IMG/VR virus record: IMGVR_UViG_3300028903_000203
From: an uncultured virus (IMG/VR IMGVR_UViG_3300028903_000203)
Taxonomy: Duplodnaviria; Heunggongvirae; Uroviricota; Caudoviricetes
DNA length: 64,000 nucleotides
Reading direction: 5' to 3' (one strand)
The notes beneath the pieces were generated by a model that was given only the letters and a program-made list of their open reading frames with translations, was not told where the DNA came from and ran no database searches. Shown piece after piece: positions 45,240-54,766 of this stretch; position 1 is the first letter of the stretch; each line of letters starts with the position of its first letter. A program made the translations under genes and the position numbers.

Positions 45240-46797
45240 GCGCAGACTCCGTGAGCGGCATAGGCGCGCCCCCCGGTTCTAGCAGGCTGCGTGCCAGCGT
45301 CAGCACGGTTTCGGGCATAAAGGGCTTGTGCAGGAAGCCCCGGATGCCCGCCGCCCGCAGTTCTTCGACCATCCCGTTCTCCCCATAGCCAGTGATTACC
45401 ACGACCGGAACTAGGGGATTGATGGCCCGCAGCCGCTGATAGGTCTGCTGGCCACTCCAACCCGGCATACTGAGGTCGAGAAACACCAGGGCAACAGACT
45501 CGGCGTGCTGCTCATAGAGCAGCACCGCTTGCTGCCCAGTGGCGGCTAGCAACACCTGGTAGCCGGCCTCCTCCAGGGCCCGTTGCAGAAACGCGCGTAC
45601 CAGCTCTTCATCGTCGACCACGAGAATCTGTTCTCCCTGGGGCCGCCACAGGGAGGCGAGCGGTGCCGCGGCGCAGACCGTAGGCTCCGGGGTTGCTGGC
45701 GGCGTGACGCAGACGGGCAGATAGACGGTAAAACACGTGCCCCGGTCGGACGTTTCTACCCGGATGTGTCCTTGATGGTTCTGCACGACGGCCGCCACTA
45801 TCGCCAGTCCCAGGCCGCGGCCCTCCGCTTTGGTAGTGGTGAAGGGTCGGAACAGATGCTCCAGGACCTGGGGGGCGAGTCCGGGGCCGGTGTCACTGAT
45901 GCAGAAGCAGACATAGGCGGTAGTAGCCTCCAGGCCGGCAGAGGCCATCTCGGTGGCGCTGCTGAGCCGGCTGGTAATATGCAGGTGGCCGCCCTGAACC
46001 ATAGCATCGCGGGCATTTAGACAGAGGTTCAGCACCGCCTGGTGAAGCTGACTGGCGAGGCCGCGGACCGGCGGCAAGTTGTCACTCAGGGTGGACTCGA
46101 TCTGGATGCGCTTGTCTATCGTGCGCTGCAACAACGACACCACATCTTGGAGTACGGTGTTAAGCGCCACCGGCGCAGGCGCAATAGAGGGCCCTTCGCG
46201 GGCAAAGGCCAGCAACTGGCGGACCAGGTCGGTGGCCTGCTGGGCCGAGCGCATAATCGTCTGGACATCATCGGCTGCTTGGCTATGCGGCGCGATCTCG
46301 CTTAGGAGCAGCGCGGCGTACCCCTGAATGGCGGTGAGCATGTTGTTGAAATCATGGGCTATGCCGCTGGTCATGGTGCCTAGTGTTTGCAGCCGCTGGG
46401 ACTGCTGGAGTCGCAGCAGCTCCTCTTGCTCCTGGGTAATGTCCTCGGTCAACAGTAGCATGCGGTCTGGGAGCCCCGCCTGACGTGTCAAGACGCGCCC
46501 CTGGGCGCGTCTCCAACACAGCGGGTTCTCCCGGACCACGCGGTACTCCAGATCGAAGGGCTTCCCGCTCTCCCGCAGCGTTCTGGCCGCCGCCACCACT
46601 TGGTCGCGGTCGTCGGGATGAACGACGGTCAGGAGTGCCTCGAGCGAGTCTGGCGGTTGATCGCTACAGTCTTGCCACAAGGCTACATGGCGGGGGGTAA
46701 CGTATAAGATGGCCCCGGTTTGCGCGTCGCACACGCAGATGCCTTCGCGTAACAGCGCAGCAATGGTCTCGAAGGTGTCCTGATCAAGAGGGTTCAT
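45232..46797 (-). CDS. PAS-HisKA-HATPase-REC hybrid histidine kinase
   Basis: VHPDD, GIAHDFNN, NLCLNARDA, DTGPG, FTTTK, GLGL, LVVDDE..DLSMP..KPF. Confidence 0.93.
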   Translation of the reverse strand: MNPLDQDTFETIAALLREGICVCDAQTGAILYVTPRHVALWQDCSDQPPDSLEALLTVVHPDDRDQVVAAARTLRESGKPFDLEYRVVRENPLCWRRAQGRVLTRQAGLPDRMLLLTEDITQEQEELLRLQQSQRLQTLGTMTSGIAHDFNNMLTAIQGYAALLLSEIAPHSQAADDVQTIMRSAQQATDLVRQLLAFAREGPSIAPAPVALNTVLQDVVSLLQRTIDKRIQIESTLSDNLPPVRGLASQLHQAVLNLCLNARDAMVQGGHLHITSRLSSATEMASAGLEATTAYVCFCISDTGPGLAPQVLEHLFRPFTTTKAEGRGLGLAIVAAVVQNHQGHIRVETSDRGTCFTVYLPVCVTPPATPEPTVCAAAPLASLWRPQGEQILVVDDEELVRAFLQRALEEAGYQVLLAATGQQAVLLYEQHAESVALVFLDLSMPGWSGQQTYQRLRAINPLVPVVVITGYGENGMVEELRAAGIRGFLHKPFMPETVLTLARSLLEPGGAPMPLTESAHD

Positions 46798-47651
46798 TTG
46801 GATACTCCCCGTGTTCCCAGTGTAGAGGGGGCTCTACGCAGTATGTCGAGAGCCACCGCAAAGTTCACGTCTTGGTGCGGGCGCTGAGCGGCCACAATCT
46901 GGGCCAGGTCCTGACTAGCCCCCCAGAGAACATCCAGGACCGGCAGAGGCGGGAGGGCAGCTTCTCGACCATTCTGGGCCGGCGGTAGCTGGCAGGCGGT
47001 GCGCCACTGCTGCACGGCGACTTGCAGAGGCGGAAGGCGCAGTTCTCTCAGCATGCGCCACACGCGGACGGGGGGCCGCGGAACAAGCCCCGGGGTGGCT
47101 CCCAGTAGCCCCGCCACTTCGGGCCAATGGCGGTATCCCCACGCACAGATGTCTAAGAAAGAGCTCTCGGGCCGGACGGCCAGGACCAGGAGAAACAGAC
47201 CGATCTGGCTGGGAGCGGCGGGTGCGGCGGTAGTCGCCACAGCAGAGGTACTGGCTACCGCTTGGCCAACCAGCCCCAACAAACTGCGGGGATGAACTGG
47301 AGGGCTCGGCGCGGGTGTGGCCCCCGGACTATCCTCGGCCGGCAGGCTGGAGGGCGGACTGGACAACGCTGGGCTCCAGCGGTGTTTAGGAGCAAACAGC
47401 GTGAGCGCGTCGGCCAGGCCAAAGGCCGCGGTGATGCGCCAGGCCGTGTCTTGACGACAAGCGTGCCGGCGTTCCTCGATCTTGGCCAGCGTGGGGCGGG
47501 CTAGGCCGACCACGGCGGCCAGCTCCGCCTGGCTAAGCTGCTCCTGCCAGCGCAGCTCTTGTAGCCTACTTTTTCCTGGCCGCTCCCGCTGATTGGAGGC
47601 TGCGGGGGGACACGCCAGGTATAAACGCCAATGTCGCTTGGTGGTGCACAT
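46794..47651 (-). CDS. XRE-family HTH protein with C-terminal ISAs1-transposase-associated-like domain
   Basis: LQELRWQEQLSQAELAAVVGLARPTLAKIE; LLVLAV..SSFLDICAWG..W..LG...P..VWRML..L...VQQW. Confidence 0.55.
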   Translation of the reverse strand: MCTTKRHWRLYLACPPAASNQRERPGKSRLQELRWQEQLSQAELAAVVGLARPTLAKIEERRHACRQDTAWRITAAFGLADALTLFAPKHRWSPALSSPPSSLPAEDSPGATPAPSPPVHPRSLLGLVGQAVASTSAVATTAAPAAPSQIGLFLLVLAVRPESSFLDICAWGYRHWPEVAGLLGATPGLVPRPPVRVWRMLRELRLPPLQVAVQQWRTACQLPPAQNGREAALPPLPVLDVLWGASQDLAQIVAAQRPHQDVNFAVALDILRRAPSTLGTRGVSK

Positions 47652-47681
47652 GGCATCCCTCACTCTGTCCCTCACCAAGTA

Positions 47682-48134
47682 CTACCGCTCCGCCGGCAGG
47701 TCCTTCGCATCGGCAAGTTTCAGAAAGTGGAAGTGCCCCAGCCGTACCTCGTCGGCCGTAAGCGTGCGCAACAGTTGCAGCAACTTGCCGGCCGGGGAAT
47801 CCGGGGGGGGCGCAGTTTGTTCCAACGACCGGAGGGCCTGCGCATATTGCTGGCTACGGGCATCAGCGGCCGTAGCCCGTTCAAAGAATGTTTCCAGCGG
47901 GGCGTCCAGAGCGGCGGCCAAACGCAAGGCCACATCGAGCCAGCAAGCGCGCACCCGCCCCCGCCGCACATAGCGACCCATGACCTCCCGGGTCGTCGAG
48001 TAATCAACCTGGGCGCGGCGGGCCAACTCCCGGCCCGATAGCCCCCCGCGGGCTCGCGCTTCGTCGAGCGCGGAGTAGAACTGGGGATCGGCACTGGATC
48101 GAGCAACATACAACCGTGTGGGGCGGCGCGGCAT
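47682..48134 (-). CDS. XRE-family HTH regulator
   Basis: ARARGGLSGRELARRAQVDYST...LRLAAALDAPLETFF. Confidence 0.75.
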   Translation of the reverse strand: MPRRPTRLYVARSSADPQFYSALDEARARGGLSGRELARRAQVDYSTTREVMGRYVRRGRVRACWLDVALRLAAALDAPLETFFERATAADARSQQYAQALRSLEQTAPPPDSPAGKLLQLLRTLTADEVRLGHFHFLKLADAKDLPAER

Positions 48135-48258
48135 GCAGTGCGCTCCAGAGAGACTACCGCCAAGCGATAGCCCCATAAGTCGCGGTCAGCTAGGCAGAGA
48201 ACCCGCCTTCTGCCGATCCGCTGATGTAACCAAGTTGCGGAAATAGCGGTACAGTGGT

Positions 48259-48287
48259 ATTATAACGTCTGGGCGCTGTGCTGTCAA
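48259..48287 (-). promoter_or_regulatory. Perfect consensus sigma70 promoter TTGACA-17-TATAAT
   Basis: Read directly; heads the XRE-kinase-HNH-GGDEF operon. Confidence 0.85.
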
Positions 48288-48403
48288 GGCTGGAGCAGTA
48301 ACTCCCAGCCCTACCTGCAAGCATCCGCCTGCGTGCTGGTCACATCCCGAGTCACCCGGATTCGTGTATTATATAGGGCAGAAGCTGTAGTGTGAGGACC
48401 CGC

Positions 48404-49462
48404 ATGTTGAGCTTTCTGGAATCCATAGGGCTAGCGGTAAAGATGGACGAAGTGCCGTTACGGCGCTGCCGTCCGCTGCCGGCAGCACCGACGGCGCGCC
48501 GCTCTCGCCCCACGGCGGCGCTGCTGCAAAGCTTGTTGGCACAATCCGCGCCGCCGGTGCTGCTTCCGGAGGATGCGGGCAGCCGCCTGACCGTCGCTGC
48601 GGGCACTGACGTGTTGGCCGCCGCCCAGGCGGGGCAGATGGAAAGTCTACCCTGTGCCATAGTGCTCCCGCCGCTTTCCGCCGGGGTCCGTCAGCTCATC
48701 CTGGTCGTAGGCCAGATGTTTGACCGGGCCGACCTGCACCCTGTGCTGCGTGGGCAGGCGTTATGGTTGGCCTTCTTCTGGGGCAACGCCCAGGCGCTCT
48801 ATCTGGGCCACTGCGCGGAGGAGCTGGTTCCGGCCATCGCCGCTCCGGCCGTGTTTGTGCAGGCCGCGCAGGATTTGGACGGGCTGTGTGCCAGCATCGA
48901 GCGCTACATGGCGACCTACTTTGTGACCACAGAGGAATATCTCAGCCCGCGTTCCGGCCGAGTCAAAGTACCGTGGGACCGGGTACTCCAGCATCTGCCG
49001 CCGCTGTCGGAAACCAAGCGCAAAGCGCTGCTGCGGTTATTTGGGCGTATTCCGGTGCAGTACCGGCCGGACTTTCTGCGCATCAACTGTCCTGCCAGCC
49101 ACCTCTTAGCGTTGGCCGAACTGCCCCCCGACATGCTGGCCCGGGCGCTAAAGCTCTTACAGTCGGTGCCCCCACACCGTCACCCGGACATGGTGCGCCA
49201 GATCAAGACCTCGGGGCCAGCGCACTTGCTGCCTCCGTCTCGTCCTGGACCGGCTGATGCTTTCCCCGCAGATAGTCCAATGTCTGGGGACCGGCTGCCC
49301 CCGGCGGCGTTTCACAGCATCATCCGAGATTTGAGCCGGATCAACTGGACGTTGCGCCGCTTGGGAGCCGCGCAACTGACCGATGCCCAGCGCCAGGTAT
49401 TGTTCCAGGTGTCGGGCCAGTTTTGGGAGCTATTGGACCCGCTGTTAGAGGAGCATCAGTGA
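48404..49462 (+). CDS. Divergent ParB-like protein (no GxxR motif)
   Basis: VPL..CRP..LLQSL..PPVLL..LTVAAGTDVLAAA..G...LPCAIV..RADLHPV follows the ParB N-domain spacing. Confidence 0.45.
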   Translation: MLSFLESIGLAVKMDEVPLRRCRPLPAAPTARRSRPTAALLQSLLAQSAPPVLLPEDAGSRLTVAAGTDVLAAAQAGQMESLPCAIVLPPLSAGVRQLILVVGQMFDRADLHPVLRGQALWLAFFWGNAQALYLGHCAEELVPAIAAPAVFVQAAQDLDGLCASIERYMATYFVTTEEYLSPRSGRVKVPWDRVLQHLPPLSETKRKALLRLFGRIPVQYRPDFLRINCPASHLLALAELPPDMLARALKLLQSVPPHRHPDMVRQIKTSGPAHLLPPSRPGPADAFPADSPMSGDRLPPAAFHSIIRDLSRINWTLRRLGAAQLTDAQRQVLFQVSGQFWELLDPLLEEHQ

Positions 49463-49483
49463 GAGATCGCACAGGGGGTGCAG

Positions 49484-49825
49484 ATGATGGCGACAAATCG
49501 GACCAGACAGGCCCCAGAGGCGGTGGCCGCAGCGGTAGCCGCCATTCTGTCCGCAGGGGTGCTGGCAATCCGGGCTGCGACCTGGGTCAAGGATGTACCA
49601 GCGGAGGTGGTGGTGCGCTACTGCGGGCTGGAAGCAGACCACCTGCATGCGCTGCCCGCCATTCTGCTGCATTATGATGGCGAACAGGTGCGGGGCTACC
49701 TCCGGGGCTTTGTGTCGGAGTACCGGCACAAGGTGACCGCCGACCCTGCTCTGCGGGCGCTGGCTGCGTCCGCCTTAGTTCAGTACGAGCAGTTGTGGGC
49801 TGTGCTGGCGGCCCACGTGAAGTAG
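49484..49825 (+). CDS. Hypothetical protein
   Basis: Short ORF between the ParB-like gene and the topoisomerase. Confidence 0.55.
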   Translation: MMATNRTRQAPEAVAAAVAAILSAGVLAIRAATWVKDVPAEVVVRYCGLEADHLHALPAILLHYDGEQVRGYLRGFVSEYRHKVTADPALRALAASALVQYEQLWAVLAAHVK

Positions 49826-49875
49826 GCCGGCGCTAGCCGGGTCCACAGCCCAGCGGTAAGAGTGGAGGGCGTGTT

Positions 49876-51996
49876 ATGGCGAAGAAGGCAACTACGCGGT
49901 ACGATGAACGCGACATGGATCATCTCCCCTATCCGATCTGTATCCAACGCCGACCAGGGATGTACGTAGGCGGGCGCGGGGCGACTGCGCTCCATCACCT
50001 GGCCTTTGAGTGCATTGACAACGCCGTGGACGAAGGCATGGCCGGGTTCTGTCACAGTATCGAGGTGACGGTCCATAAGGATGGCAGCCTTACAGTCAAT
50101 GACGACGGACGCGGAGTACCGACCGGCGTACACCAAGAGGATGAAAAGAAGCGGTCCTGGCTGGAGCTTTCGTTCTCCGAGCTGCACTCGGGCGGCAAGT
50201 TTCGGGAGGGCAGCTACTCGGCTTCCGGTGGGACGCACGGCGTGGGGGTCAAGGCCGCTAATGCGCTCAGCCGCACGCTCGAGGTCGAGGTGCGGCGCGA
50301 CGGGGTGCGCTACCGGCAGCGCTATGAGGAAGGGCTGCCGGTGACTGCGGTGCTGGTGTACGCGGCGCATGCCGCAGACAATGCGAAACCCATCGGGGAA
50401 GTGGGCAAGCGGGGGCTGGACACGGCCATCCGGGCCGCCCGCGACAAGGGCATTGGCACCGGCACCACGGTGACCTTCCAGCCGAACCCGGCGTACCTGG
50501 AAACGGTGAAGTGGGAGTTTGAGGTGCTGCGCCACCGCCTGCAAGCGGTGGCCTATCTGGTGCCGGGCGTGCGGGTCACGCTGCGCGATGAGCGGGGCAA
50601 GGGCAAGAAACCACTGGAGCGCACTTACTGCTACGATGGGGGCATCGCCGAGTACGTGCGGCACCTCAACCATGGGCGCAAGGTGCTGCACACGGAAGCC
50701 ATCCTCATCCACGGTGTGGTCAACGGGCTGACCGTAGAAGCGGCGTTGCAGTGGCACGACGGGGATTTTGAGGAGATCATGTCCTTCGTGAATACGATAC
50801 CGACGCCGGACGGGGGGACACACCTTTCGGGGCTACGGGCCGCCGTCACCAAAGCGGTGAACCAGTTCGCCGCCGAGGGCCGGGGGCGGACGAAGGAAGG
50901 GGACCAGATCACCGGCACAGACGCGACGATGGGCTTGACGTGTGTGCTCCACGTCAAGCTGAATGAGCCCGAGTACGATAGCCAAACCAAGACTATGCTG
51001 CGGTCGCCGATCCAGGGCCAGGTAATGAGCGTCGTCTACGATGCCCTGCTGGCCTTTTTCCGCAAGAAAGCAGCGCTGGGCCGGACGGTGATCGCCTGCT
51101 GTTTGCGCGCCGCGCGGGCGCGGCAGGAAGCGGCCAAGGCCCGCGAGCTGGTCGTCAAGGGCTCGACCTTGGAGAACGCCTCTAAGACGGGCCTGCCGGA
51201 GAAGCTGGCCGATGTTTCGCGGGGCACGCCCCGCGAGCAGACCACGCTGTACATCGTCGAAGGCAACAGCGCCGGAGGAAGCTGCAAGCAAGGCCGCGAC
51301 CGGCGGTATCACGCGATCCTGCCCTTGCGGGGCAAGGTGCTCAACGTGGAGAAGGACCGCCAACCGGCGAAGGTGCTGGGCAACGCCGAGATTCGGGCCA
51401 TCATCGCCGCGATAGGCGGTGGGGCCGGCCGAGAGTTTACTGTCGAGACCCTGCGCTATGGGCAGGTGGCGATCTTGGCTGACTCGGACGTGGATGGGGC
51501 CCATATCCAGACCTTGCTCTTGACGTTGTTCCTGCGGCAGATGCGCCCGCTCATCGAGGCCGGGAGGCTTTATCTCGCCCGCGCGCCTTTCTACCAACTG
51601 CGGCGGAAGCGGAAGGGGGGAGATGAAACGCGCTATGCCTACACCGACGAGGAGCGGGAAGCGGTCCTGGCTGAATGGGGCCCGGCTGGCGTAACCACTC
51701 AGCGGTACAAGGGCTTGGGTGAACTGAATCCCCGCCAGCTTAGTGAAACGGTGTTTGCGCTGGGCGTAAGCAATCCGGGGATCGGCGCGCACATGGTGCG
51801 AGTTACGCTCGACGATGTGCACGCGGCCAACGAGGTAGTGGCATTATGGATGGGTAGCGGCAACGCGCCGCTGCGCCGCCGCCAGTTACTGCGGCTGTGG
51901 CAAGGGGCTGAGGAGGACAATGGGGAGGAGGGCAATGGCGAGCTAGAGCTGGAAGAAGGTGGGGGCGGAGAAGAAACCGAGGAGGTGGAAGAATGA
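49876..51996 (+). CDS. gyrB: Type IIA topoisomerase subunit B (GyrB/ParE)
   Basis: RRPGMYVG, ECIDNAVDE, DDGRGVP, LHSGGKF, EGNSAGG, PLRGKVLNV, DSDVDG, QRYKGLGE; could be parE-type. Confidence 0.93.
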   Translation: MAKKATTRYDERDMDHLPYPICIQRRPGMYVGGRGATALHHLAFECIDNAVDEGMAGFCHSIEVTVHKDGSLTVNDDGRGVPTGVHQEDEKKRSWLELSFSELHSGGKFREGSYSASGGTHGVGVKAANALSRTLEVEVRRDGVRYRQRYEEGLPVTAVLVYAAHAADNAKPIGEVGKRGLDTAIRAARDKGIGTGTTVTFQPNPAYLETVKWEFEVLRHRLQAVAYLVPGVRVTLRDERGKGKKPLERTYCYDGGIAEYVRHLNHGRKVLHTEAILIHGVVNGLTVEAALQWHDGDFEEIMSFVNTIPTPDGGTHLSGLRAAVTKAVNQFAAEGRGRTKEGDQITGTDATMGLTCVLHVKLNEPEYDSQTKTMLRSPIQGQVMSVVYDALLAFFRKKAALGRTVIACCLRAARARQEAAKARELVVKGSTLENASKTGLPEKLADVSRGTPREQTTLYIVEGNSAGGSCKQGRDRRYHAILPLRGKVLNVEKDRQPAKVLGNAEIRAIIAAIGGGAGREFTVETLRYGQVAILADSDVDGAHIQTLLLTLFLRQMRPLIEAGRLYLARAPFYQLRRKRKGGDETRYAYTDEEREAVLAEWGPAGVTTQRYKGLGELNPRQLSETVFALGVSNPGIGAHMVRVTLDDVHAANEVVALWMGSGNAPLRRRQLLRLWQGAEEDNGEEGNGELELEEGGGGEETEEVEE

Positions 51997-54587
51997 GGCG
52001 CTCACGGAAAAGCGTGCCGGATGTACCGCCGGAGGAGCTTCCGGCCACGGACGTGCTGGTGGCTGATGCACCGCCCTCCTTGGTGGAGACTTCTCAGGTG
52101 GAATATGCCCCCTATTTCCGCGACGCTTACAAATCCTATGCTGTGGAAGTCATCTCGGGCCGAGCTGTGCCGGACGTGCGCGACGGACTCAAGCCCGTCC
52201 AGCGGCGCATCCTGTACGCCATGGGTGACCTGGGGGTAGACCACACCGCCCCGCACAAAAAGAGTGCGCGTATCGTGGGCGACACTATGGGGAAGTACCA
52301 CCCGCATGGTGACACGGCCATCTATGACGCGCTGGTGCGCTTGACCCAGCCCTTTGTGATGCGTCTGCCACTTATCGAAGGGCAGGGCAACTTCGGCGAT
52401 GGAGATGACGAAGCGGGGGCGCAGCGCTATACCGAGGCCCGCCTAACCGCTGCTGCGGAGTCGTTGCTGCAAGACCTCGGGCGCGACACCGTAGACTTTC
52501 GACCGAACTATGACGGTTCGCTGCGCGAGCCCGCGGTACTGCCGGCCATGTTGCCCAATATGCTCGTCAATGGCTCCACCGGCGCGGCCGTGGGCATCCG
52601 GACCAACATGCCCCCGCATAACCTGGGGGAGGTGTGCGCGGCGGTTGTCTTTGTCTGCCAGCACTGGGCACGCCGCGAGAAGATTACCGTTGACCAGCTC
52701 ATGGAACACATCCCTGGTCCCGACTTTCCCACGGGGGGGATCGTCTACCGCTACCGCACTCTGCGGGACGGCACCACCGAAGATGCGCTGCGGCAAGCCT
52801 ATCTGACTGGGCAGGGCGCGGTGGTGGTGCAAGCCCATGTGGACATCGAGGAAATCGGCGGCGGCAAGAGCCAGGTCGTGGTGTCGCAACTGCCCTATGG
52901 CGTCAAGAAAGGGTCGGTGCTGAAATCCCTGGCTGATACCGTGGAAACGGGGCGCAAACAAAAAACAGGGCCAACCGCGGGTCGGCTGGCGGGGGTAGCC
53001 GACGTGCGCGACGAAAGCGACCGCTCCGGGATGCGCATCGTCATCGAGACCGCGCGCGGGGCGGACCCGCGCGCGGTGCTGCAAGAGGCGCTGCGGTACA
53101 GCGACCTACGCAACACTTTCGGCATCGCCAACTGGGCCCTGGTGCCCTACCCGGACTGTCCCGAGGGTCTGATGCCAGTGCTCCATCCCTTGCGCGACCT
53201 GCTTATTTGGTTCATCCAGCATCGGCTGGAGGTCATCCTGCGGCGCAGCCGCTATGAGCTGGCGCGGTGTCGTGCCCGCCTGCACATTGTGGAAGGCTTG
53301 CTCAAAGCCCTCGACATGCTGGACCAGGTAATCGCGGCGATCCGCGGCTCCAAGACGACGGACGAGGCACGCAAGAAGCTCACCGGCCCCAAGTTCGAGT
53401 TTAGTGATGCGCAGACGCAGGCCATCCTGGATATGCAACTGCGCGGTCTGGTGGCCCTGGAACGCAACAAGCTGGTGGCCGAGCGCAAGGAACTACTGAC
53501 CCGCATCAAGTACCTGGAAGGGCTGATCCGGAGCGAGGCCAAGCGGCTGGAGGTGGTCGTCGAGGAGACCACGGCGATGCGCGAGAAGTTCGGCACCCCG
53601 CGCCAGACCATTATCGTCGACCGGGAAGATGTTACGGCGACAGCGATGGTCACCGCCAGCGACTTGGCAACGCCAGAAGCCCCCCAGGTGCTGGTTCTGA
53701 CCGCAGATGGGGGATTCCTCCGAGTGGATGCCGATGTTGCTCTCTCGCAACCATCCCGCAAGAAGAAGCTGAGCCTCCAGGAAATCCCGCCGGCCGACCG
53801 CCATCTGTGCCGGAGAACAGTGTCGGCCACGGCAGAGGTACTCTTGTTGACCAGTCAGGGCCGGGCCTGGCGGGGGCCGGTGGGGGCGACACCCCGTGTC
53901 GGCACCCGCGAGTTGGGGCTGGCGCGTGACGAGGTTCTGGTTGGAGTGGCTGAAACGCGCCCGGATACCTTTCTGGTCTTGGGTACGGCGCACGGGCAGG
54001 TCAAGCGCACAAAGGTGGCGGACCTGCTGAGCATACCAGAGCGCCAAATGGGTGTGGTGATGGGCTTGGCCGAGGGCGACCGGCTACTGTTTGGGGGCGT
54101 GGCGGGGGCAGGCGCTCATATCTTGCTCTGGACCGCCCAGGGGCAGGTGTTGCGGGTGGACGGGGACATTATTCGCCCGCAGCAGACAGCCTCGGCCCGC
54201 GGCATGGCCGGCATCGCCATCCAGGATGGCGACCGGCTGGCCGGCGGGGCGGTGGTGCCGGCAGAAGCGCAGGGCAAGGAGCCGTGGCAAGTGGTTGTGT
54301 TCACGACCAAGGGCTACGCCCACCGGTTCCCAGTGACGGAGGTTCCGGTCAAGGGGCGGGGCACTGGCGGAGTGCGCTGCCTGCGGCCAGCGAGTCGCGG
54401 GGGCGAACTGGCTGGCATAGCCGTGGGACCGGGCGCGGTGGTCGAGGTCTACGTGGACAACGGCCGGCGCTTCTGGCTGCCCGTGAAGGACATTCCCGCT
54501 ACGGCGCGGGACGCCTTGGGGGAGAGGGTGCTGGAAATCAGCCGTGAGATCGTGCAGGTGGTCGTCCTGCCGGAGTTGGCGGCGTAG
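51993..54587 (+). CDS. gyrA: Type IIA topoisomerase subunit A (GyrA/ParC)
   Basis: RAVPDVRDGLKPVQRRILY, KKSARIVG, YHPHGD, QRYTEARL, beta-pinwheel CTD; no canonical GyrA-box, so may be parC-type. Confidence 0.93.
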   Translation: MRRSRKSVPDVPPEELPATDVLVADAPPSLVETSQVEYAPYFRDAYKSYAVEVISGRAVPDVRDGLKPVQRRILYAMGDLGVDHTAPHKKSARIVGDTMGKYHPHGDTAIYDALVRLTQPFVMRLPLIEGQGNFGDGDDEAGAQRYTEARLTAAAESLLQDLGRDTVDFRPNYDGSLREPAVLPAMLPNMLVNGSTGAAVGIRTNMPPHNLGEVCAAVVFVCQHWARREKITVDQLMEHIPGPDFPTGGIVYRYRTLRDGTTEDALRQAYLTGQGAVVVQAHVDIEEIGGGKSQVVVSQLPYGVKKGSVLKSLADTVETGRKQKTGPTAGRLAGVADVRDESDRSGMRIVIETARGADPRAVLQEALRYSDLRNTFGIANWALVPYPDCPEGLMPVLHPLRDLLIWFIQHRLEVILRRSRYELARCRARLHIVEGLLKALDMLDQVIAAIRGSKTTDEARKKLTGPKFEFSDAQTQAILDMQLRGLVALERNKLVAERKELLTRIKYLEGLIRSEAKRLEVVVEETTAMREKFGTPRQTIIVDREDVTATAMVTASDLATPEAPQVLVLTADGGFLRVDADVALSQPSRKKKLSLQEIPPADRHLCRRTVSATAEVLLLTSQGRAWRGPVGATPRVGTRELGLARDEVLVGVAETRPDTFLVLGTAHGQVKRTKVADLLSIPERQMGVVMGLAEGDRLLFGGVAGAGAHILLWTAQGQVLRVDGDIIRPQQTASARGMAGIAIQDGDRLAGGAVVPAEAQGKEPWQVVVFTTKGYAHRFPVTEVPVKGRGTGGVRCLRPASRGGELAGIAVGPGAVVEVYVDNGRRFWLPVKDIPATARDALGERVLEISREIVQVVVLPELAA

Positions 54588-54594
54588 TGAGTGA

Positions 54595-54622
54595 TGGTAT
54601 AGTGCGGAAACGCACTGAAGCA
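54595..54622. repeat. 28-bp quasi-palindromic site, copy 4 (TGGTATAGTGC GGAAAC GCACTGAAGCA)
   Basis: Left arm identical to copy 2; 7 nt after the topoisomerase A stop. Confidence 0.8.
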
Positions 54623-54635
54623 ACGAGCGAGAAGG

Positions 54636-54661
54636 AGAGGGGGGCCGGCCGGCCCCCCTCT
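54636..54661. other. Perfect 26-bp GC palindrome
   Basis: AGAGGGGGGCCGGCCGGCCCCCCTCT. Confidence 0.75.
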
Positions 54662-54689
54662 GGACACGGCGGCGGGCCTGGATTACAAT
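54661..54689 (+). promoter_or_regulatory. Sigma70-like promoter TGGACA-17-TACAAT
   Basis: Read directly upstream of 54767..55888. Confidence 0.6.
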
Positions 54690-54766
54690 GGCAGAGCGGG
54701 GCGGTCCCTACGACCGCCCGCGGCTTACTGACAACGACATCATCGCCATCCATCTAGGAGTGAAGC

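Noticed and set aside
48229..48256. ACCAAGTTGCG-GAAATA-GCGGTACAGTG as a 28-bp site
   Set aside because: Only partial similarity; the arms are not palindromic.
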